From positions 43,431,989 to 43,495,988 of the forward strand of contig NC_057728.1 in assembly GCF_004010195.1 (NCBI RefSeq): a DNA stretch of 64,000 bases, given 5' to 3'. A program made the translations under genes and the position numbers. The DNA comes from Chiloscyllium plagiosum. Taxonomy: Eukaryota. The notes below the pieces were generated by a model. It had not been told where the DNA came from. It worked only from the letters and a program-made list of their open reading frames with translations, and made no database searches. Shown one piece after another: positions 1 to 13,000 of this stretch (its first letter is position 1; every line of letters begins with the position of its first letter).

Positions 1-163
1 GCATGGAATGCGCTGCCTTTGGGAGTGGTAGAGTCAGAATCTTTGGTGACCTTTAAGCGGCAATTGGATAGGTACATGGATGGGTGCTAAAGCTAGGACA
101 AATGTTCGGCACAACATCGTGGGCCGAAGGGCCTGTTCTATGCTTTATTGTTCTATGTTCTAT
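1..163 (+). mobile_element. CR1 LINE 3' end (truncated by window edge)
   Basis: Encodes WNALP..VVE..TFKRQLDRYMD, followed by the GGGCCGAAGGGCCTGT stem-loop and a (TTCTATG)n tail. Confidence 0.9.
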
Positions 164-214
164 ACTTTATGATTTGGCCCTCACTGACATCTTCACATAA
201 GAGAATCAGATCTA

Positions 215-610
215 TCAATAGTTTCTGGATGACAAAGCATGCTCTCTGATCTATTTCTGATAAGAGGTACACCCATTAAAGTTGACTGTTGATACATGAG
301 AAATGCAAACAATGAAGCCAAAGAATGCTACTATGAATGTCAGATAAGCACCAGATATTTTAATGAACAACTTATCACCATGATCAAGATAGTTTCAAGT
401 ACATGGACAGATTTGTAAAAGACCTGAAGTATCCACCAGTCAGTGCTTTCAGAATGGTTATGGTGTGCCACACTGTACACATTTTGCAATGACTAAGTTT
501 GGATTTTTAGGAGAAACGAAATGCAGGGTGCACGTCATCCTCAGTAAATCAGAAGAGGTGGAAGACAAGAAGGAGGAAGGTGATGATGCCAATTTAACAC
601 CAGCTGCTCA
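215..610 (+). pseudogene. Degenerate Harbinger (HARBI1-like) DDE transposase C-terminus
   Basis: FLDDKACSL resembles LLGDKGYPL; SFKYMDRFVKDLKYPPVSAFRMVMVCHTVH resembles RFRCLDRSGGALQYSP..IIVACCVLHN; acidic tail follows. Confidence 0.65.
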
Positions 611-1019
611 TATTGCTGTGTATAATGTCAGGAAGATGAAAGAAAAATCTGTTTTCAACAGTGGAAAAGCCAAAAAAAGCTTTAATGCAAAGCAAAATAA
701 CAAGGATGCTGGAAATGTGATTTTTTAAAAGGATCTTTAATTAGAGCTAAGCTACATTAATTGACAAGTTGACAGAAAAGAAGATTAGTGGACATTATCT
801 GTCATACAAATGCAGCTTATAAGCAAGGATAGTTTTTAGGTTATTCTGGGGTGAGGAGAGAGGACTGTATTAAGTTGCTACAAGTGACATTCATAATGAA
901 GTAATTCCAGTAAATGACAAACAAAAGGTGTAGGCATACGTGAACAAGCAAATAACAAAGTATACCAGTGAGACTCACAAAAGAAATGTGATAAGCAATA
1001 GCTAGCTTTTCTCTAAACA

Positions 1020-1201
1020 AAAAAAATCCAAAGAATTGTGGATGCTGGAAATCAGAAACAAAAACTGAATTCCTGGAAAAACAGCAGGTCTGGCTACATC
1101 TGTGGAGAGAAGGGTCACTGGACTTGAAATATTAACTTTGCTTTCTCTCCATAGATGCTGCCAGACATGCTAAGCTTTTCCAGCAATTCCTGTTTCAGTT
1201 T
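1020..1201. mobile_element. Palindromic non-autonomous PLE-terminus-derived element
   Basis: Inverted arms CTGGAAAAACAGCAGGTCTGGCTACATCTGTGGAGAGAA / TTCTCTCCATAGATGCTGCCAGACATGCTAAGCTTTTCCAG; related fragments near 7480, 7830, 26470, 28230. Confidence 0.7.
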
Positions 1202-1844
1202 ATACCTTTCTTCTGTCAGTCAACTGGAACTGGCACATCCTAGTCAAAAGAAAAGAAGAAAGCTAAACACTGGACAGACTTTAAAGTGATCACAATTTTA
1301 GCTGACTGAGCATTCGATGATTTCAGGAGCAGTTTATTTGTGAGTTAATTTGTATATGACCAAGTATATAAAAATATAAGTTAAAGTATCTATACATTTT
1401 CACGATGATAGAATCTACTCCATAAAATCTAATACCCAGTATAGGAGCTACAAAAGATGTCTTGCCATCCAAGTTAATTCTCCAAACATATCACCATTCA
1501 GAGTGTGAATGGACATGATCAAGGCATGCAGGGATTCATAAATCTTATCCAGACTTAGTCACTCTTTTGTGTGATTCCACCCGCTTAATTATATTTTCTA
1601 TTTCATTTGTATAAGTTTCAACAAACTAACTCATTTAACTCAGAAGGACTCATGGAGATCTGTCTGGTGCGTACTTCAAGGTTGAATGCAAGTTCAAATG
1701 CAGATGGAAGTAGAAGTAAATATACCTTTTGAAAACTTCAAAACTCTTTTAAATGAACTTCAGGAGTGAGAAGAAAGGGATTTACTCACCACTATCAACT
1801 TAGTTATGATATAGATTCAGGGTGAAAGAACTGAAACCTACATG

Positions 1845-2091
1845 GTCATTCTAAAAGGTGAGAGACTTAACAAACAATTCAGGTCTTTTTCAATATATAA
1901 TTTGAGTTACATCACACTGTAAGCTTTTGCCATTAATCCTATGCCTACGATCTTACACTCCACAACCACCTGATGAAGGAGCAGTACTCCGAAAGCTAAT
2001 GCTTCCAAATAAACCAATTGGACTATAACCTGGTGTTGTGTGATTTTTAACTTTGTACATCCCAGTCAAACACTGGCACCTCCAAATCATG
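1845..2091 (+). mobile_element. Penelope-like terminal repeat fragment with hammerhead motif
   Basis: Same family as 33546-33760; contains CTGATGAAGGAGCAGTACTCCGAAAGCTA. Confidence 0.75.
1970..1998 (+). ncRNA. Minimal hammerhead ribozyme motif
   Basis: CTGATGA-A-GGAG(CAGTA)CTCC-GAA-AGCT-A: core boxes, helix II and palindromic helix III. Confidence 0.7.
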
Positions 2092-2124
2092 ACTACCTTT
2101 AATCCATGACGATAAAGAGCTACT

Positions 2125-4203
2125 GAAAACCACAAATGCTGGAGATCACAGCAGATCAGACAGCATCCATGGTGAGACAGCAGGCTAAGATTTCAAGTCT
2201 AGACAGCTGTTCATCAGAGCTGAAGTGAAGTGTGGAGGAGGCAGCTTTTATGCTATAGTTGCAGGCGGCAGGGTTACAGTGCTGGGGAGAAAAGATGTTG
2301 ATAATTCAGATTAAGTGATCAGAATGTTAGAATGGAAGAACAATGATGTGTCTAACTGCCAGACTTAAAAGAACAGACAGTCCCACTGGGATGGGGCGGG
2401 GAGGAGGGAGAGAGGATATGGTGACAGAGAATGTAATAAGTAAAGCTAAAAGAAAGGGAAAGAATGGGAGTTGGTTCAGAATTTGAAGGTGTTGAACTCA
2501 ATATTAAGTCTAGAAGGCTGTAAAATGCCTCATCTGAGGATGAGATGTTGTTCCTCGAGTTTGTGCTGTGATTCACAGGAGCACTGCAGCATGCTGGGAA
2601 CAGACAAGTGAACATGTGAGCTGATGCTGTGTTTAAACAACTGGCTATAGGAAAATCGGTGTCATGCTTGCACACAGAACAAAGGTATTCTGCAAAATGG
2701 TCACCCAATCTGTGTTTGGTTTCTCCAATGTACAGTAGGCCAGTAGGTGGAGTGAATGCAATACGCAAGATTTGAGGAGGTATAGGTGAAATGCTGGGCA
2801 GGTGAGCAGGAAGGAGATGAAAGGGCAGATGTTGCATTTTCTGTGGTTACATGGGAAGGTACCATGGTAAGGGGTCGAGGTGTTGGTGGTTGTGGAACGG
2901 ACTAGGATTTCCCAGAGTGAACGATCCCTATGATATACAGATAGGGTGAATGAGGGAAAGAAATGTTTAGTGGTGCCATTCTGCTGGAGTTGTCTGAAAT
3001 GATGGAGAATGATCCTTTGAATGCAGAGGCTGGTGGAATGACAAGTGAGGACAAGGGAGACCGGATCACACTGTTTTGAGTGATGGAACAGGCAAGGGCA
3101 GAAGCACAGGTGATAGATTGGATGTGGTTGAAGGCCCAGATAACCACAATGAGCGGGAAACCATAGTTATGGAAGAAGCAAGACACATCAGCTGTGCTGT
3201 TTTAGAAGGTGGCATCATCTGAACAGATGCAACATAGGCGAAAGAACTGGGAGAATGGGATGAAGTCTTTGCAGAATGTGAGGTGTGAACAGCTGCACTG
3301 AAGGTAGCTATGGGAGTCAGTGGCTTTATAGTGGATGGTCGTAGGCAATATATTCCCTGAAATGGAGACAGAGAGGTCAAGGACAGGAACAGAAGTCTTG
3401 TAAAGTTATAAAGGGTCAAAATTGGGGGCAAAATGAATTTTTTCAAGGTCCTGGTGGGAGCATGAAGCAGAACTGAAGTAGTCGTTGATGTACTGAGAAA
3501 AGAGTTGTGAGAGGGGGCCAGTGTAGAACTGGAATGAGGATTGTTCAAGTTACCCCATAAAGAAGCAAGCATACCTGGGACCTATGTGGGTGCCCATACC
3601 ACTCATTTGACTTGGCAGAAGTGAGATTAATTAAAGGAAAAATTGTTCAATAAGAGAACAAGTTGAGCCAGGTGAAAGAGAGTGATAATGGATGGAGAGT
3701 ATTCAGGCCTCTGGTCAAGGAAGAAGGCAAGAGCTTGCAAACCGTCTGGGTGGAGAATGGAATTATAGAGGGATTGGACATTCATGGTGAACTTCAATTG
3801 TTATTTTCTCTCATTTCTTCCCTTTCTTTTAGCTTTACTTGTTACATTCTCTGTCACTATGTCCTTTCTACCCTTCCCCTTCCCCAGTGGGACTGTCTTC
3901 TCTTTCAGGTCTGGCAGTTAGACACACCATTGTTCTGCTGTTCTCACATTCTGATCATTTAATCTGAACTGTCAACATCTTTTCTCCTCAGTTCTGCACA
4001 CCCCACATCCCCATAACCATCCACCAACTGCACCTCCCACCACCAACCACAGCATAAATGCTGCCCACTCCAAACTTCACTTCAGCTCTGATGAAGTGTC
4101 ATCTGGACACAAAACCTTAGCTTGCTCTCCACAGATGCTGTCTGACCTGCTGTGATCTTCAGCATTTGCTGTTTCTAGTTTCTACAGTAATTTGCTCCTA
4201 CAT
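2125..4203 (-). mobile_element. Penelope-like element, 5'-truncated, with inverted terminal copy
   Basis: GIY-YIG remnant LLYIGETKHRLGDHFAEYL plus RT remnants on the minus strand; ~2128-2480 is an inverted repeat of ~3800-4180; TSD GATAAAGA(G/A)CTACT at 2111-2124 and 4204-4217. Confidence 0.9.
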
Positions 4204-4874
4204 GATAAAGAACTACTTCAGTGTCAGGTTCATGCTTGCATAATCATTGAAAAATGCGAACAATCATTCTACACTAGTTTCATTTTCAGATTTAGTTCTC
4301 AAAAAAATATGATATAAGCTAGGATTATAAATTACAGTAATGCAACAAGTGATAAATTGTCTTTCAACGCCGGGAAATGTTATCCTCATGAAATCTCCAC
4401 TGCACAGATCTGCAAAATTAAGTTTAAAATTAAAATTTGTGTGCTGGTAATTTCTTCAGATGTGTTCTCTTTTGATTGTAGTAGGTTCTCAGGATGTGCT
4501 ATAGTTACAAATAACAATCCTGCTCAGTATTTGTCAAACTATTGCGGCAGAGGGGAAGCAGCTCCAAAGAATTTTCTCAATTTTTCCTCATGCTTGAGCA
4601 ATTGTTGAGTGGATGGAAGTTTAACAGATAGTTGAAGTAAATGTTGTCAGTAATGAATAGTAGTTAATTGAGAACATGAAATGAAATCAGTAAGTAATTA
4701 CTGTCATATACAAGTACAAACAGTTATGCTTCTTATAAGATAATAAAGAAGTCAAGACTTTTTTCGCAAAAATTGTTTGGAATACAAGACATTTAAAATC
4801 AACTACATGTCTGCAAAATAATCTGATGCCCATTGAAAGAATAATAGCTATAAATGAAGTAAATATTTACTAAC

Positions 4875-4979
4875 CTTTCCGTGCATCTTTTGACTTTGCT
4901 CTACTCCCTCAGTAGGTTCCGATTCGATTAATTCTTCATTCTTCTGGGCATGGACTGTTTGCTCTTGCTGTATTGCTAT
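4875..4979 (-). CDS. Candidate internal coding exon of an unidentified host gene (IAIQQEQTVHAQKNEELIESEPTEGVEQSQKMHGK)
   Basis: Acceptor tttcatttatttacag, donor AAG|gttagt, 105 bp, phase 0-0; only that frame is open; non-repetitive AT-rich flanks. Confidence 0.6.
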
Positions 4980-5689
4980 CTGTAAATAAATGAAACAAAG
5001 CTACTCTCACAAATAAAGTATGAGATAAGACAAATATTTACTGGCACATTAAAGATACATTAAGCAGAGTTTTGTAAATGTAAATTTTTTAAGAACCTTA
5101 TTACAAATCAAACTAAATAGAATTTTAAGAAAATCAGCTTATATAATCAATGTCCATTATATAATCAAACTTCTTTAATCTACAAGAAAGCTGAGAAGAA
5201 ATATTTAATCTTGAGGACAATTTATAATCTGAAAATATTTTTTAAATGTTCTATTGTCAGTGAAGCCATGACTTCTTGAATTTGGATGGAAAAGTATATA
5301 GGTCTGGCTTAATTCCATTATACCAACTGTAGCTGTAGTTAGGCAGTAAAATTGCAATAGGAGATAAAATGGTTTTGGATGCCCACTAGTGGATTCTTGA
5401 CATTGTAAGCACATAGGAAATACTGCTTTCCAATAATGGTGAATGGCAGTGGATTTCCTCCAGAAATCTGCTTATGTGCAAACCTAGCAAACTGAATCAG
5501 GGTCAGGGTAGGATCAGGGCAAGGGGTAGAAGTACCATCTTGTCCCCGCTCCATCCTTGCATCTGGCCTGCAGTAAGTGCAAACCATTCGCGAAGGTAGC
5601 ACAATTATAATAAGGCATCATTTTTGCTAACTAAATAAATCATATTTTTAAAATGTGGAAGTTAAAGGAAATCATATAGTTTATAATAC

Positions 5690-6050
5690 CATTTAATGTG
5701 TGTGCCACTTCCTGGTCCAGCATTTATTGCCCATTCCAAATTTGTATTGAAAATATTGTAAACTGCCTTCTTGGACTGCACCAGACTTCAGACTTCAGGA
5801 GCTTCAGGATTTTGACTCAGTGTCAGTGACAGAATGGAAAATAGTTCCGAGTCAGGATGGCATGTGACTTGGAGGCAAATTTGCAAGTAGTTATGTGCGC
5901 CCATGAATATGCTGCCCTCGTCCTTGTAGGTGATAGAGGTCAGAGGTTTACAAGGTGCTATCAAAGAAATTTTGGTAACATGCTGAAGTGCATCTCGAAG
6001 ATTTGTCACTTATACTAGTGTGTAGCAATGGTAAGAATTGTTTGAGGTGA
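5690..6050 (-). mobile_element. 3' fragment of second CR1/L2-group LINE family
   Basis: CCAGCATTTATTGCCCAT tail and body similar to 35896-36300. Confidence 0.65.
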
Positions 6051-6279
6051 TTCACTGTCACCAATCCTCTTTTATCATTGTTTTATCTTGGGCATATCGA
6101 ATGATTAGTGGTTGAGGAGACACTACTGTAGAGAATCTACAGAAGAGGCACTTCTTGGGTCATAAGAAGGTTTTTCTGGTTAGATATAATTACAGAGTTT
6201 GTGCAGATATGTCTGTTCCTCTGATAGCTAGAACAGAATTCCTTCTCTCCACCTATTGACTGTGTGTAATATCTGTGCA

Positions 6280-9150
6280 ATGAGTGGAGCTGTTTTAACA
6301 TGAACATTAACCCCTCAAAAGGCGTCCCTTCAAATAAATGCTAAGAAGACAATGGGAGCAGATAGTTGTCATAATCAATGTCAACAATTTAGTTCTGCAT
6401 CCATATGAAGTTTATAAATCTTCACATGCCAATTCATTACTGTAAACCGCTAGCTTCCATTCACCACCATTCATACATTCCATTCATGAACCTAACAACA
6501 ACTCTTACTAACTATGACTCATACCTCATCTCATCCTCACACTTAGTATTGCAGATGCACACTTCTAACTAACAGTTGACATTTATTATGTATACTTCAG
6601 ACAGTCACATCACTTGAACACAATGCAGCAGATTCACTGAGATACTTAGAGAGAAGTCTTGCTGGGCAATGTGGCCCATAATTGGAACTCAAATAACTGG
6701 AATGGTTACTCAGTCCCATTGGTGCAGCCACGACTGAGGACACAACCAGTGCATGGAATAAGCTATCAATAGTATATGCCTACCTAATCCTACCTATCCC
6801 AATAATCTGTTCTAATTTGCAAGCCACAGGAGATGTAACTATGTATCACTTGCTTCACTGAATCCCACATAGACAACGAAGTCAGCTTGAATTCTGGCAT
6901 TCTACAAATATTAAATGGTAAACATAGAGGTGCAATCTGTATGTAGTGAGTCATTGACCATCAGTAGAATGTAACTGGGTCAAGAGAAAGAATAGACATT
7001 TGCAAGTTCTATGAAAGGTGAGGAAACACATAAATTCTGCTCCAGAAGACTCAGATGAGGATTGTAATGACATTTAGGAAATGTAATGAACACAGAGAAA
7101 TGCTTCTATATTGTAAAGCCAGTCAAAAAACTTCATGATGCTTTTGAAGAACATGAAGGTTGTAGCTCCAACTTGGCACTAGACTTCTTGCAAGTCTTGG
7201 AATATAACCTTTCTAGCATGGAAGTGCTGACCAAATCCACGTGAGAACTTGTGGACCCAATTAAGTTGCAGCATCTGATGGGTAACGTCTCAGCTTCCAG
7301 TGCAGCACAAGCAGAGCACTTGGTGTTTGAGTGCTGTAATGGGAGTTCAGATTGAAGTAATAAAATTTCACGCTATCATAGCTTTAGATACCTGTGCTGA
7401 AGCTACTTTCTCTGATAGCTGTCCAACAATCTGTGTCCTGCAGCAGTAGAGCAGAGATGCAGGAAATAAATCACAAAATTCTGGAAATAAGTCAGAAAAT
7501 TATGGAAAAACTCAGCAGGTCTAACAGCATTTGTGGAGAGAGGAATAGTTAATATTCAGTTCAAGGCAGTTTCTACATGAATTTCAACTGAAATATTATT
7601 CTTTGTATTTCAAATCTCACTTTAATTACAGGTATCTCCAAGGCATTTAATGTTCCTTGAACTTCTGTTTTTGCTGCATCCTGAGATCTACATATACTGT
7701 GTACTGCAGCATATTGCTTGAATTGTTGAAGCACTGACCCAAAGTAATGACAGCTGTTCTATGAAGCACAAATCCCTGCCACTTCACCAATGGCATTTGT
7801 ATCAAAGTTTTATGAATGCCAAAAATCTGAACTAAAACAGAAAATACTGCAAATACTCAGTAGGTCTGGCATCATTTTTAGAGAGAGTAACAGAGTTAAA
7901 GCTTCATATCAATGACCTTTCAACAGATCTTGTCCTGTCAGCCATCTGGCCTAGATGGTGGCCACCCATGCTAAAACTGTGTGGTCCAAAGCTGGGTCTT
8001 TTAAGCACAAGAGTTGTTTGAGGGTTTCCTGCAAGGTTATATGCAATCTTTTCCCAATAAGTCAGTCGCCTTCCACCAGACATAGGGTGCACTGTGTAAG
8101 AGAACAAAACCAGAAAAAGATGCCCACTAATTGCCACAAAGGATACATCTAAAGGTAATTAGTTGAGTTTTGTATGGATATTGCATATTCTATTAGATAA
8201 AGGTGACATGGAATGGTCATTTTGTAGTGGCTTTTATTTCAGGATTGTGGCCTGGGGAATCCTGTGATGTCCTGTAACAGAGATGAGTGAAACTGTTGTA
8301 AAATAGACTTGTATTTATGACTCTATGCATGAGGTGCTCATGGAACATGGATATTTTAGTTTCAACCTCCCATCTCTCATCCTCGTGTTCCTCTTCAAGT
8401 AGCCACCAAATCCGTTGTTGTAACAGCTTTGTCTTCACGGTGTGGTAGACCCTGCAAAGCTCCATAAATGGAAACAACTGCTTCAGCTAGTTTTGGAGAT
8501 GATCTCTAGTTCAACCAAGGAAGCATATTCATTATATTAGCATCACAACGATCTGATTTACAATGGTTTTGTGGTAGACCTTTGCCTATCAACCAGAGGC
8601 CCATTGTTGTAATAAAAAGCTGGATCTTCTAGGTTCAAAGCAGTTTAAGAATTTTCTGCAAAGCCATCTGCATTGATTGCATGCTGGCCATGTGTGATTG
8701 GGTTGTGAAAAAGAATCATGAGCTAGTTGTAGAGCAGATGTCCCTTGGATGCCCAACAGTCATCCTTTAATTTGACATAGTGGCTAAAAAAAAATGCAAC
8801 ACGGCTTCTGCTGGGTTAGCGGGAAGCACCGGTATAATGTTCAGAATATGGATGCAAGCCAATTGCACAGCAGGTAATAATCCCTGCAGTTGTGGTGCAT
8901 TTCAGCATTGAGATTAGATGCACACAAAGATATGCAGGTTCAATCAGTGGTATCCTGCACCATGGATAAGCTGGCTATCCTGATGCAATACATCAATTTC
9001 TTCCTGTTTAGACAGAGCACATTGAAATCGCTCTCCTTGTAAAGAGAGTCTCAGACATCTCTCTGTAGCATCAGTGATAAATTGGGAAATGTCAGACATA
9101 TTGATTGTTCCAGCATGGAAATGAACCATTTATCAACTGAATTTATGACT
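6280..9150. mobile_element. Ancient Harbinger DNA transposon relic: Myb/SANT ORF (+) and convergent transposase (-)
   Basis: Plus strand RRQWEQIVVIINVN at ~6344-6391; minus strand ASLSMVQDTTD*T (like AGFPMVQGAIDCT, ~8940-8975), G*LLG..LM (~8720-8766), GALQGLP (~8445-8465) and acidic tail. Confidence 0.65.
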
Positions 9151-9318
9151 ATCATAGAATTGTGCTGTGTAAATATCATACAATTAAGTGGATGAGGTAA
9201 AGTGAGAGCATATTAAAGCTGAAGTCAAATTGCATTAAAAGCAAAAGATAAGCCTCTTTCCCAGGAGACACAAGCAAGTCCTAGTGAATTAATGAATCAA
9301 TTTGGCATGGAAAACATG

Positions 9319-10076
9319 TGTGAAAATGCTGCTCCTTAAAAAAGGTTATGTTATCAAAGGGGTCGTAAAGTCATGGGTTCTGAGCTGTCTGGGTTTACCT
9401 ACTTGAAGAAGCTTTTAAAGAAAAACACTTATACAATGAAAGGAGAGTGGCTAGTTCTCTCAGCTCAGCTTTTCTCTCGTTTGTTTTGGTTTTTGCAGTC
9501 TGGCTGTTCAGAGCTGCTGGTCAGTTTAAGCTGGTTAGGTGAATTAGTCATGCTAAATTGCCCGTAGTGTTAGGTGAAGGGGTAAAATGTAGGGGAATGG
9601 GTCTGGGTGGGTTGCGCTTCGGCGGGTCGGTGTGGAATTGTTGGGCCGAAGGGCCTGTTTCCACACTGTAAGTAATCTAAGTAATCAAATCTAAGTAAAA
9701 GAAACAGCGATATGGAAGAAGGTGTTCCCTGCTGAACCTCTCTGCCATCTCTATCTCCTGTAAGAACCTGTGTCTAATTTTTCCTTTTTGCCAAAAGGGT
9801 TTATGGGAACGGTCACAGGAATTTGAACAGCATCATTAAGTTGGGATAATCTGTTGGGTTTTCGGATAGGTTAAGTTATTCTGTATTCTGTTCGCTTTTG
9901 TTTGTGTTTCATTTGGTACTCTGTGAATATATTCTATTTTGTTGAAAATCGAGGAGTTTTGACCAGCTGCTTCACTCCTGGAATATCCACATTACACCTG
10001 CTTAAAACAACTAGAAAAGTTAGCATCTGGGCCACCTTCTTTAAATGTTTAAGGGGGTCTGGCCTGGTACATAACA
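9319..10076 (+). repeat. 5' LTR of Gmr1-type element (contains SINE insertion)
   Basis: TGTGAAAATGCTGC...CATAACA; aligns to 15202-15819. Confidence 0.9.
9535..9696 (+). mobile_element. 5'-truncated HE1-type SINE inside the 5' LTR
   Basis: Matches the 3' half of 47048-47326, ends in AATCTA-type repeats, absent from the 3' LTR. Confidence 0.85.
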
Positions 10077-13000
10077 GATTGGAGGCTCATTTGGGATTCA
10101 TTTTAAAGTTCTGATTTTGGATTAAGGTTTTTGGACTCAAAGGCAGCGAGTGGTATGTGTTAGTGTTATTTCCTCTGGGTGTTGATTTTGTTTGGTTTAA
10201 ACAGTGCTTGGTATTGCAATTGCTCTTTCAGTCACTAAGACTTTTCTGACGGGTGAAAGAAGTGACTTCGTGAGTATTACAAAAGGTAAACAAGACAAAG
10301 CTGCTGGAATTGGCAAGTAGGCTGGATCTGAAATTGCAGGTGTCTACGAGAATAGATGTGGTTATTATCAAAACAGCTCAAATTTAAATGTGTTGGGAAG
10401 GCCATTGAAATCTTTGGAAATGGCTCTTAACATTGCTCAAGAGGTACTGGGGTTTGCTTCCCAAATATGCCAAGAATGTTTAGAAAGATAGAGGGAGAAT
10501 ATACTTTTAGGATTGGCAAACCGGTTAGAATTAGTTTTATCCAGGGACAAAAGAAAAGCTGAAATTGTAATGGAGTTGGTCAAGCATTTGGGTATATTAG
10601 AGAAATAGAGAAATGCAGTGGATATAGAAAAATTGAAATTGCAAGTGAGGTAATAGGAGTTAGAAGATAAAGAAGGGTAAAGAAGAATCATGTTAGAAGA
10701 TAAAGAAAGGGAGAAAAGGTTTTTACCTGAACAAAAAGAAAAGGAGAATAGGACACAAGCAGAGGAAAGAGAAAAATAACAAATCACTTTATGAGAACAA
10801 AAAGTAAGAGAGAGAGAAGAAAGGAAGAAATAGAATTTGAACTTCAGAAATTGGCACTTAGACAGGAAAGTCAGCTTAAAAAGATGGAGATAAAGGCTGA
10901 AGATAAGCTTTGTGAGGAAGAGAGTGAGGATGAACAAACCCATGGTAGCTAAAGGCCTGATGCGAACCTGTTTAAATATAGTTAATTAAACATTTAAATA
11001 TATTTAAGTAGATTGTCTACATTTGCTGAAAAGGACGCGATAACTTTTTTCATCTCATTTGAAAAGATGGCTAAACAAATGCAGTGGCCAGTGACCATGT
11101 GGGTTTTTTTGATCCAAACAAAACTTGTAGGTAGAGCTAGTGAGGTATTTGCCTCACTATCAGAAGAGGTATCTGGGGCATATGAGGTGGTGAAAAAAAG
11201 CCATCTTAAGTGCATATGGGCTTACACCAGAAGCTTAAAAGACAATGTTTCAGACTTCTAAGAAAGAACCTTGGTCAAACATACGTTGAGTTTGAAAGGA
11301 TAAGGGCAGTAAAAATAGAGCAAACCTACGACACTCTTCGAGAAACAATTATTTTGAAGGAGTTCAAACATTCACTTCCTGAGGTAGTGAGAACTCATGG
11401 GGAAAAGCAGAGAGTTAAAATGGCAAGATTAGCAGCTAATATGTCTGATGATTATGAGCTGGTTCATAAAACAAAGTTTGGCTTCCAATATCAGTTTCAA
11501 ACCGTGAAGGATAGAAATTGGGGAAAAGAGAAATCTTTAAGTGGTTAAGGAAAAATAGATCTCAGTGAAGATCATAAGGATAACTTACCACAGGGTAAAA
11601 AGGTGAAAGAGAAGTTAAAAAGCTCTGGCGTTTTCACTGTAATAAAGTAGGCCACATGAAACCACAGTATTGGTGGGTTAGCAAAAGCATTGGGAAGACA
11701 GATGTAAGAAACCAGGATGTCAGGGGATTTTGTTGGAGTGGTAATGGAAAGCACAGTGGAGGCTAAAAAGCTGCATCAGAAGTGTACAATCTGGTCGGAG
11801 ATGGTAAAGGAGCAAGTGTCAGATCTTCTTAAACCATATAATTGCAAAGGTAAAGTTTATTCGCATGGGCCATGCGCAGCAGCTAAAGAGGTTAAAATAT
11901 TAAGAGATACAGGATCCACTCAAGCTTTGAAGTTGAAAGATGAGGAGATACATACCTCTGAAGGACTATTGCCAGAAAAAAATGCTAGTAACAGGAATTC
12001 ATGGTGAAACAACAAGTGCTCAATTACAGCAAGTGAGGTTAGAGTGTCCTGTGAGAAGTGGAGAAGTTGCGGAGGGAGTAGTGGACAAATCCTCAGCTCC
12101 AGGAATACAATTTGTCCTTGCTATTGATATAGAGGTTCACAAGTAGGAGTGCTGCCTACTGTGGTTGAAAATCCAATGGAAACTCAGGCAACTGAGCTAT
12201 TAAAAGACACATATCCAAGGATTTTTCCTGACTGTATGGTAATGAGGTCACAAAGTCACCAGTTGAAACAAGAAAGATCAAAGAGTACCAATAAGAAAGT
12301 TGAAGTGGAATTAGCAGAGACCCTGGTTGACAAATGGTTGAGACAAAACAGGAGCAGATAGATGACAAAGCATACATGTTTAGTTCAGAGAAATGAACTG
12401 AATTACAGCAGAAAGATGAGAAACTAAACTAATTATATCAAAAGAATACACAGAAGAAGAATCTAGATGTATCCTGGAATGCTATTATCTAAAAAATGAT
12501 GTCTTAATGAGGAAATTGAGACCACCATATATTCAGGCAGATGAGAAATGGGCAGAAGTTCATCAAGTCATATTGCCAGTGAGTTATAGAAAAGAGGGGT
12601 TGCAGGTAGCACATGAACTACCAGTAGGAGGTCACTTAGGGGTAAGAAAAACTCAAGCTAAAATATGAAAACATTTTTACTGGCCTGGATTGCACAAGGA
12701 TGTGGGTGAATTTTGCCAGACATGTCATATATGTCAGGTTATTGGAAAACCACAGGCTGAAATAAAAACTGTACCTTTAATACCTACACCTGATTTTGAG
12801 GAATCTTTGAGAAAAACAAAAAATGGGAATTAGTATTTGTTAACAATAATGGATGCGCCCTCTAGATTTCCAGAGGCCATTCCATTACACAATATCACAG
12901 CTAAAAGGAGTTACTCAAATTTTTCATGAGATATGGACTACCCACAACCAGATACAATCAGATCAAGGGTCACATTTTACCTCAAAATTATTCAAGAAAA

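Noticed and set aside
465..728. 87-aa ORF as a gene
   Set aside because: Overlaps a decayed Harbinger transposase tail
10437..10943. Hydrophobic 168-aa minus-strand ORF as a membrane protein
   Set aside because: Antisense shadow of the purine-rich coiled-coil part of gag
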